DNA from: Massalongia carnosa
Lineage: Eukaryota
Length of the DNA stretch: 64,000 nucleotides
Direction of reading: 5' to 3'
NCBI GenBank assembly: GCA_965645245.1
Contig: OZ287080.1
Span: 744,001-808,000 of the forward strand
Within the stretch, counting starts at the first letter, position 1. Each line of letters starts with the position of its first letter. Of the stretch, positions 56,066 through 64,000 are shown piece after piece. A program made the position numbers and the translations under genes. The notes under the pieces were generated by a model that saw only the letters and a list, made by a program, of their open reading frames with translations, ran no database searches and had not been told where the DNA came from.

Positions 56066-58324
56066 TGTGCGACCGCTTCATGTCTTGTAGGAAGCTGTCC
56101 TGACAGTACCCTCCTCCTAGGGCTCATGTCCTCATGAGCTTGCTGTCGCGTTTTGTATAGTCTCAATTCATCCTCAGCCTAACCCCCGTCGAGTCCCTGT
56201 TATGAGTCCTTTGACATTCTGAACATGATTCATGCTTTTGCCTTCAGAGTCTCGCACATGCGACTCAAGCTCTGCATCCAGAATCTACGCTCCTGTCGTT
56301 TGAGTCATATCTCCAGTAGAACTGGTGAGTTATCGGCCAGTGGAGTGACTTTCAGTGAGGTTTCGTGAAGAAAGTGTGAATAATCCCCCACTTCTCATAA
56401 AACTCCCCATATTTCTCTTTCCTTTCTCCCTTCTACAAGCACAATCATAATGCCTAAAACTTCAGAACACCGCGTTATTTCTGCCCCTTCCTTGTCACCT
56501 GATAAGCTCGGGGATTTCTCACTACCTCGCTGTAGTGGAAGACGTCTTCCGCCTTCTGGTCTGAGGAAAGTACGTGTTCCTGGCGATTCCTCTTCTGTTA
56601 TTCGGTCTTCAGCTCGTTCTCTTGCGGTTGGTGAGGCCATATCAATTTCTTCTCGCTCTGCACCGTCCTCTGTGTCTCCGTCCTCGGCTCCTCTATCCCC
56701 GGTTCCTCCGCCCCTGCGGTCGCTTCCTTCCCGTTCCGGTCGGCCTTCTGTTTCTTTTGTAACCCAGTGGGCGTTCGTCGGGTGGTGAGAGCTCGTCCGG
56801 ATTTTATATAGAGGGAGGGTCAACTTCGGCTTCGCGCTCTGCATCGGGCTCGCCGGCCTATCGCGGGCCTTCAGGAGATGGTTTGCGTGCGCCTCCTTCC
56901 CGTATGGCTCCTCCTCCCACCGGGCATGCTCCGGCCTCTCCCGGGTCGCGCGGTGTTGCCTTCCCTCCTCACGAGGTTACGTGGGAAGAATGGGAAGGGA
57001 TTAACCTTGATGGCTATAAGATTAATGAAGAGTTATTTGCTCTCATTTCTTGTTCCTCTTCCGTCTTTTCTTGACGTGAGAATCATCAGGATTTGCTTGA
57101 TATTGCTGATGATATATTCTAATCAGGTACTGAGATCCTTCCATGTCTTCGACTAGTAACCATTGATTCGCTGTATCTGAGTAGCCTAGCAATTTCACTA
57201 AGTATTAGAGTTTACCATAATGAATCCTACTGTCTAGGATTTTCTCTACTTCCCACTGCTCTTCCCCCGCGACCTCTATTGCGGGAGGCTCTTCCGATCC
57301 TCTTTTTGGATCTATATTATGGGGTTCTAACAAGGAGACATGAAATACATTATGTACTCCCTTAAGTAAGCTGGGCAGTTGCAGGCGTTAAGCATTCTTC
57401 CCCACGAGATCTATTATCTCATATGGTCCATAATATTTATAAGTTAATTCATGGATGGCCTAGTAGACTTGATGTTTTTAGCGTTCAGCAAGACTTTCTC
57501 ACCTACTTTATATGTCTTGGGCATATGGTTTTCATTATAGAACTTAGCTTGAGAGTTTACAGCCTCATTGAGAAGTTTCTGAAACTTCTCTCTTTGTTTC
57601 AGCATGTTCACCGCTCGAAGGCGAGCCGCTGGGATCTCGCTTTACCTTTCTTCGAGAATGTTTTATCTTCCCCCTTTGGGGCTTCCCCGAATATTGCTTC
57701 GAACGGTGTCATGTTGATAACGCTGTGAAAGCTCTTGTTGTAAGCAAACTCATCTATTGGTAACCAATATAACCAGTCATCTTGCTGATAGTTCACATAA
57801 CACCTCAGGTATTTTTCTAAGGTTTGGTTTTGTCTCTCCGTCTGCCTATCTGTGTGTGGATAGAAGGATGTGCTATAATTGAGGCGTACTCGGAGGTAAT
57901 AACAGAAGTGCGACCAGAATTTGGAGGTGAAAAGACTTCCCCGATCTGTTACAATCGACACTGGCATACCGAATTTGGTAAATATTTCTTCGACAAGGAC
58001 ATCGCTCATGTTCGCAGTTTCCCTGTCCTTTCGTGCGGGTATATAGCGAGAGAATTTCGTATACCTGTCTATCGTTACCAGGATAGAGTCATACACTTGC
58101 CCCCGCCGAATGATTGGCGGAAGGTCGGTTATAAAGATTATTGTCCAATTTTGTCTAGGTCCTTGGGGGATTGGCAACGACACTAATTCTCCGTAAGGCT
58201 TATGTCTTGGAGCCTTGACCTGATGACAACGAGTACAGGTTCGACATAAGTTTTGATATCTCTTCATATTTTAGGCCAGTAGTATTTTCTTTGAATTAAT
58301 TCCACTGTCCGCCTAACTTCAAAG
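56066..58324 (-). mobile_element. Degenerate Gypsy 3' part: integrase and chromodomain (~58324-57040), ~0.9-kb extra region, PPT and LTR stub (56066-56105)
   Basis: FITDLP, TDRGSLF, TDRQTE; VHNVFHVSLL, QWEVEKILDS; PPT AGGAGGAGGGTAC followed by TGTCA on the minus strand. Confidence 0.85.
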
Positions 58325-58637
58325 TGTGACGAGGCGGCAACGGGGGCCTATTCAGGTGGTGAAGGTGGTGGCATTGCTAGCTATGACTATACTAGATAGA
58401 CAAGACGAACACAAGGAAGAAAGCATCAATTGCTGCAGAGATTTTCCATGTAACTCCCGGAACCCATTTCCTTACCTGAATGCGGTTAGCTCCCCACTAA
58501 GGCTAACGCGATACCTAAAACATTTAGCGTGTCGGGAGGTATCGCTTAGCAGAGCATCTCGCGCTCACACCATGACAGTAGCTCCCCCTTCAAGGCCTGC
58601 TTCCACGCAGGCTTTATACCTTCAGGACGGTGTGAGC

Positions 58638-61600
58638 TTATCGTGGCTTGGCTAGGTATCGTTGATGAAATTCTGCTACCCTTTCCTTGGCGTTAGTAAC
58701 ATACTCAGCATACTCCCAGGTGGGGTCGTTCCAGCCCGTCCATTGCACCAGGTACTTTAGGCGGTTTCGAAATTTCTTGGAGTCGAGAATTTCTTCAACC
58801 TCGTATTCTTCTTCGCCTTCGACTTCAACAGGTGGTGCGGGAGGGGGGATGTGATCGGGATGAGGGTGTTGCGGCACGGGCGAGAGAAGGGATACGTGGA
58901 ACACAGGATGAATTTTCATGCCGGGGGGCAGCTCGAGTTGATACGCGTATTTGCTTACCACCTTAGATATCTTGAATGGACCCAGGTTTTTCCAGTCGAG
59001 CTTTCGAGCAGGTCTTTGAGTACGGATGTTCTTAGTACTCAACCATACTTCGTCTCCTGCTTGGTAACTTGGTGCTGGTACACGATGTTCATTGGCTCCA
59101 GTCTCGTACCTGGCTTGCGCGAACTTCATCTCTTCCTGTAGCACGGACGAGATATCTTCCATCTTCTTGGCGAACTCCCCTGCGTTTAGACTGGCTGGGG
59201 ATCGAGAGGGCTCAACCGATTCGAATCCCATTCTCGGATGAAATCCCATCTCGGCCAGGAATGGGCTGCACCCAGTCGTCTCGGACACTACATTGTTCCC
59301 TGTGAATTCTGCCATGGGTAACCAACTTGCCCAATCGTCTTGAAGATAGTCCGTGTAGCTTCGAAGGTATTGTTCCATGGAGGCGTTTACTCGCTCGGTT
59401 TGACCGTCCGTTTCTGGATGGAAGGCCGTTGATAACAGGCTCTTGATACCCAGTAGTTGACAGAGCTTTTTCCAAAATTCCGATACAAAGAGCACTCCAC
59501 GATCCGATACTACGGTGCTCGGCAACCCGTGTAGTTTCCAAATATCTCGAAGAAAGAGTTCAGCAAGTTCCTGAGCATTGATCGTGGTGAGGCATGGAGA
59601 GAAGTGCCGTCGTTTCGATAGACGATCGACCACCACTAATATGGCGTCGAACCCACTACTTTCTGGAAGCCCAGTCACGAAGTCCATCGAAATATCTTGC
59701 CAGCGGCGCTCCGGGACGGGTAACGGTTTCAAGACTCCCATTTTTCCTTGACGAGAGGGCTTGCTTCTTGCACAAACTTGACAATGTTGCACGTACCTTG
59801 CTACGAACTGATAGAATCGTGGCCAGTAATAGTGACGTTGCAGAAGATCAAAGGTCTTGGCTCGACCGGGATGACCGGCTACAGGGCTATCGTGAACGGA
59901 CTTGCAAAGTCTCATCTTCAGGGCGTGTGAGTCCGGAACGTACATCTTTCCTCGATAGTGCAGTCGGCCATCCATCTCTGTGCACTCTGCCAGCGAGATT
60001 TCCTTGGAGTGTCTAGCACCTGATCGTAATAATTCCAGAATTCTCATCGGAAAGAGGTCCTTTTCCAATGCTTCTTGCCATAATTCTTCCAAGGTCTTGA
60101 TTTCATCCTGATCTGAGGCGATTTCCAGAGGTTCACTTTGTTCCGAGGCTTCAACATTTTCTTCGAGAGGTTCATCTGCTAATCCGTTCGCTAGAAGTTC
60201 AAGATTTCGAGGTTTCAAGACCACTTGATGTTGAATTTTTATCCGTGGATCATCCTCCCCCTTCGGTAGGTCTTGAGACCTTCTAGTCAGGGCGTCGGGT
60301 TTTCCACCGCTTTTCCCTGGGCGGTACATGATCTGGAAATCGAAGCGGGAGAGATACTCGGACCAGCGTGCTTGACGACGACTGAGCTGTTTCGTTGTCA
60401 TGAAGTATTCGAGATTCTTATGATCAGAAATGACTTGAATGGGAAAGGCGGCTCCTTCGAGCTCGGATCTCCATTCCTCGAAAGCTCGAATGATGGCCAT
60501 GAGTTCCTTGTCATAGATCTCGTAATTGATTTCCGCGGGGGCGTGTTTTTTCGAGAAGAAGGCTACAGGGCGTAGAACTCCCTCGTCATCGTACTGTGAG
60601 AGTACACCCCCCACTACCCAGTCGGAAGCGTCAACTTCTACCACGATTTTCTTTTCAGGATCGAAATGCATCAGAATGAGATCGCTAACAAAAGCGTTTT
60701 TTAGCCTTTGAAACGCGGCCTCACACTCGGAGTTCCAAGAGAACACGGTCCCCTTTTTCGTCAGTTTGATCAGGGGCGAGGCAATGGCTGAGAAACCCTT
60801 GACGAAGCGTCTATAGAAATTTGCGAAGCCCACGAAAGCTTGAATATCCTTAATGTTCTTGGGTGTTATCCAGTCCTTGATCGTCTGAACTTTTCGTGGG
60901 TCCATCTTGATTCCTTTGTCCGAAATGATAAGTCCCAGGTAAGTGGTTTCCGTGACGAAGAACTCACACTTTTCTATGTCCAGTTGCAGACCTGCGGACC
61001 TCAGAGCTTCAAGAACTTTTCTTACGTGAATCTTGTGTTCCTTCTTTGATTTACTGTATACAAGAATGTCGTCGATATAGGCGGTGCAAAAGGCATCTAA
61101 ATATTCTCGAAGGACGTCGTTGATATAGTGCTGAAAGGAGCCGGGCCCCCCTGAAAGTCCGAAAGGCAATACTTCATATTCGAAGAGACCGTACCTGGTC
61201 TTGAAAGCGGTCATCCATTCTTGCCCGCTCTGCATTCGTAGCTTGTTGAAAGCCGCGATGATGTCAAACTTAGAGAAAATCATGGCCTTGGCAAGACGAT
61301 CTAGTGTTTCTTGAATCAGTGGTATTGGATAGCGATTCTTGATCGTGATCGCGTTCAGAGCTCGATAGTCTACACAGAAACGCAGTCCTCCCGACGGTTT
61401 TCGGGCGAATAACACGGGCGAGGAGCAGGGCGAGGAGCTGGCACGAATAAATCCTTTGGCTAGGTTTTCTTTCAAGTATTTCTGCAAGACTAGTAGTTCA
61501 GGAGCTGACATCTTGTACAGCGGGCCTGACGAGGGTATGGCTCCTTCCTTGAGAACGATTTTATGATCGTAGGAGCGGTGCGGGGGTAGTTTATCGGCTT

Positions 61601-62639
61601 CTTGCTTGGAGAAGACGTCTAGAAGATCGTGAAATTCCACGGGCACTATACTGGCGGGATCGATGATTTTCTTGGGCTTCAAGGACTTGGCGATATCTTC
61701 GAGGGACGAGGCGGAGAGATTGAATTTCTCTCTCGGATTTCTGAGTTGTTCAAGGGCTTTGTCAATTTCATACATGGAAGCGGTGAAGATTTCGTTCTTC
61801 CGGTCCTTCATCAGGGTCGAGAATGGAGCGGCTCCAACCATGTAAATGCTCATAGGTGAGGGATCGGGAGATTCCGTGCAGACCGTCATTGGTCGTGCGT
61901 TCGAGATCGGTGGCTCAAGAAGTGTTCGGGATTCAGGACTTGAAGGAGCGTTTAATACACGGACTTCGAGAGTTCTAGGAGTCGAGCGAGAGACCTTGTT
62001 CTCACTGACTTTCAGGGTTTCAGGAGTTTTCATACAAGAGACCTCGTTCTTGCGTGATTCGACGGTTTTCAAGGACAGGGACGAAGCGGACTCAGGAGTC
62101 CCTTCAGATGGATCAGGAAGGCCAAGAATGACAAGAGGGACGTGTTTATTCTCTAAACACTCCTGGAAACAGTACGTGGACGAGAAGGTCAGGGTATTTT
62201 CAGTCCAGCTGACGGAGGGGTCATGAATTTGAAGCCACTTGACTCCCAGGACGACAGGATAATGACCCAGTTGGGTAACTAAGAACGAGCCTTGCTCGGA
62301 ATGACGGTTTATTCGCATCCTTGACTTGATCAGATGAGTAAGTTTTCCGGCCGCCGCGGGGCGACCATCGACTACTTCGAGGATACGAGGACGGACAAGA
62401 GGGGTGAAAGGCAGGGAATTTTTTCGCGCGAAGGATGAATCAATGAATGCGTAGCCCGAGGCACCGCAATCAATCAAAGCATGGGTGTGTATAACTCGAT
62501 TTTCCACAGAGAGTGCTATAGATATGACACAATGTCTACCGTCTAACGAATCTTCTGAGAGAGAAAAGGCTGAAATCGACACAGGGACCCCTTCTGAACG
62601 TCTTCGGGGGCGACTTAGCCCGAAGACGACGCGTTTTCC
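58638..62639 (-). CDS. Gypsy Pol (PR-RT-RH-IN-chromodomain), -1 frameshift product
   Basis: LIDCGA, YIDD, EVDAS, HHCC, SMDFV/SDRG/TDGQTE, EYEVEEILDS...YLVQWTG; frame open back to GGAAAAC at 62639-62633. Confidence 0.95.
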   Translation of the reverse strand, partial: GKRVVFGLSRPRRRSEGVPVSISAFSLSEDSLDGRHCVISIALSVENRVIHTHALIDCGASGYAFIDSSFARKNSLPFTPLVRPRILEVVDGRPAAAGKLTHLIKSRMRINRHSEQGSFLVTQLGHYPVVLGVKWLQIHDPSVSWTENTLTFSSTYCFQECLENKHVPLVILGLPDPSEGTPESASSLSLKTVESRKNEVSCMKTPETLKVSENKVSRSTPRTLEVRVLNAPSSPESRTLLEPPISNARPMTVCTESPDPSPMSIYMVGAAPFSTLMKDRKNEIFTASMYEIDKALEQLRNPREKFNLSASSLEDIAKSLKPKKIIDPASIVPVEFHDLLDVFSKQEADKLPPHRSYDHKIVLKEGAIPSSGPLYKMSAPELLVLQKYLKENLAKGFIRASSSPCSSPVLFARKPSGGLRFCVDYRALNAITIKNRYPIPLIQETLDRLAKAMIFSKFDIIAAFNKLRMQSGQEWMTAFKTRYGLFEYEVLPFGLSGGPGSFQHYINDVLREYLDAFCTAYIDDILVYSKSKKEHKIHVRKVLEALRSAGLQLDIEKCEFFVTETTYLGLIISDKGIKMDPRKVQTIKDWITPKNIKDIQAFVGFANFYRRFVKGFSAIASPLIKLTKKGTVFSWNSECEAAFQRLKNAFVSDLILMHFDPEKKIVVEVDASDWVVGGVLSQYDDEGVLRPVAFFSKKHAPAEINYEIYDKELMAIIRAFEEWRSELEGAAFPIQVISDHKNLEYFMTTKQLSRRQARWSEYLSRFDFQIMYRPGKSGGKPDALTRRSQDLPKGEDDPRIKIQHQVVLKPRNLELLANGLADEPLEENVEASEQSEPLEIASDQDEIKTLEELWQEALEKDLFPMRILELLRSGARHSKEISLAECTEMDGRLHYRGKMYVPDSHALKMRLCKSVHDSPVAGHPGRAKTFDLLQRHYYWPRFYQFVARYVQHCQVCARSKPSRQGKMGVLKPLPVPERRWQDISMDFVTGLPESSGFDAILVVVDRLSKRRHFSPCLTTINAQELAELFLRDIWKLHGLPSTVVSDRGVLFVSEFWKKLCQLLGIKSLLSTAFHPETDGQTERVNASMEQYLRSYTDYLQDDWASWLPMAEFTGNNVVSETTGCSPFLAEMGFHPRMGFESVEPSRSPASLNAGEFAKKMEDISSVLQEEMKFAQARYETGANEHRVPAPSYQAGDEVWLSTKNIRTQRPARKLDWKNLGPFKISKVVSKYAYQLELPPGMKIHPVFHVSLLSPVPQHPHPDHIPPPAPPVEVEGEEEYEVEEILDSKKFRNRLKYLVQWTGWNDPTWEYAEYVTNAKERVAEFHQRYLAKPR

Positions 62640-63859
62640 GAGACCTCAGCTAGAGAGGACTCGTTCAGCCGAGAGGTTCGCGGCTTGGTTTCTCCCTTTC
62701 GAGGGCAGACGGCCGCAAAATGTCCTGACCCCCCACAGTAGCGGCACAACCCTTCGTTCATCCGACGGGTGACTTCTGCTTGAGGTAACTTACCTCTGTG
62801 TGTGGCGGAGAGGTCCATTGGCTCGGCGGCCGGAAGGGGAGACGGGGAGGCGGCGGAAGAAGAGACGGATCGGGGGAGGGCGACTCCTCCCGACCGGGGG
62901 TTATGAGGGGGGGTCCCCACACCAGAAGAAGGTGGGGTAGACCGGGGGGAGTATGGCTTCCGGAGGGAAGCATTGACATTCCGTTGGCGGGTGTCTAGCC
63001 GTTGGAGGAGGGTCACCAGTTCGTCGAGGTCCTCGGGAGTGATTTGGGTAACCATGAGCTGCTTCAGCTCGTCACTGATGCCTTCCAGCAGAGCTGAGCG
63101 CATTGCCTCCTCGTCAAAATTGGTATCCGGGGCAATACGCTGGAAGTCCGAGAGGTAGACATGGAATTCCTTGTTGGCCTGGCGCAGGGACCGCAGTTCC
63201 CGCTGTGCCGTGGCCTTTTTGTCCGGGTCCCCAAAGGCCCTCTCCAACATAGCCAATAACCCTGCCACATCGGGGATACTCACTTCGTTGTGAGACTTGA
63301 CGTAGGGTTGCACTTGCGCCATGGCACGACCCTCTAAGCGGCTGATGGCGTACAGAAGGCCGGCTTTGGGATTCGTGAAACGGTCTTGATTCACAAAGAG
63401 CTTCAGGTTAAGCTGGGTGACCCACTCGCGCAACTCGTCCTTCTTGCCCGAGAACTTCGGGATGTCCGGCAATTTCTCTGAGCGCGCCTCGCGCTGGGCG
63501 GCGGGATGATGATGATGGTCACTGATCTGCTGACGGAGGCTGGCGATGGTGGCTCGAGAGGCGATGTTCTCGTTATTGGAGGTCTGCAACTGGCTACGGA
63601 TATTATTATGCTCAGCTTCCAGAAAGTCATACTGATTTGATTTTTCCGTTAGAAAGCCCTGAAGGGTCGCTGATCGGTTGGCGGACTGAATGGCTTGATG
63701 ATACCATTCATGAGGGAATTTTTGGACCGATTGACTCCAGGCCTCAATAGATGCAACATGAGGGGCGAGAGAATCCTCCTCATCGAAGCTTGGGGGGGAA
63801 AGGCCAGGACTTGATTCGGAACGGGGCGTGGCTATCTTGGACGAGGAACTGGAAGCCAT
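62615..63859 (-). CDS. Gypsy Gag
   Basis: KLPDIPKFSG, LRQA, EPMDL, CRYCGGSGHFAAVC. Confidence 0.93.
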   Translation of the reverse strand: MASSSSSKIATPRSESSPGLSPPSFDEEDSLAPHVASIEAWSQSVQKFPHEWYHQAIQSANRSATLQGFLTEKSNQYDFLEAEHNNIRSQLQTSNNENIASRATIASLRQQISDHHHHPAAQREARSEKLPDIPKFSGKKDELREWVTQLNLKLFVNQDRFTNPKAGLLYAISRLEGRAMAQVQPYVKSHNEVSIPDVAGLLAMLERAFGDPDKKATAQRELRSLRQANKEFHVYLSDFQRIAPDTNFDEEAMRSALLEGISDELKQLMVTQITPEDLDELVTLLQRLDTRQRNVNASLRKPYSPRSTPPSSGVGTPPHNPRSGGVALPRSVSSSAASPSPLPAAEPMDLSATHRGKLPQAEVTRRMNEGLCRYCGGSGHFAAVCPRKGETKPRTSRLNESSLAEVSENASSSG

Positions 63860-64000
63860 ACAAAAGAGGTGAATGAGAAACGAGGAACGGAGCACCACCT
63901 GAACACGGGTGAGGTGTTCGTAATGTGACGAGGCGGCAACGGGGGCCTATTCAGGTGGTGAAGGTGGTGGCATTGCTAGCTATGACTATACTAGATAGAC

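Larger units (their letters stand above)
58325..64000 (-). mobile_element. Apparently intact Gypsy chromovirus. 3' LTR 58325-58577; 5' LTR from 63924 runs off the window
   Basis: The visible 77 bp of both LTRs are identical; PPT CCTTGAAGGGGGAGCTAC; open gag and pol. Confidence 0.96.

Overview
AT/GC-balanced eukaryotic DNA from a filamentous ascomycete, inferred from short GT-AG introns with CTAAC/CTGAC-type branch sites and fungal TE families; the species cannot be determined. The only host gene is UTP10/HEATR1 (6922-12791, 10 exons, about 1794 aa when spliced by hand). Almost everything else is a deeply nested stack of transposable elements. These comprise five Ty3/Gypsy elements (one complete with identical LTRs, two open-frame copies cut by the window edges, two decayed), two Ty1/Copia, four Tad1-like LINE pieces, four pogo/Fot1 elements, one Tc1/mariner, hAT-type MITEs, several solo LTRs and a 571-bp non-coding TRIM family. 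Three signals are not explained by ordinary annotation. (1) Four dispersed copies of a ~43-47-nt motif at 15149-15856 have different sequences yet keep their base pairs on the minus strand: an outer stem closed by U-G, a tRNA-like T-arm/B-box and a conserved 16-nt linker. (2) That motif array lies in an unclassified island which, with a perfect 23-bp VNTR and two LINE pieces, sits inside one 14-bp target-site duplication 100 bp after the UTP10 stop. (3) The TRIM has a Tf1-type self-priming site instead of a tRNA PBS. All coordinates were read by eye and may be off by a few bases at degenerate boundaries. No database searches were run.
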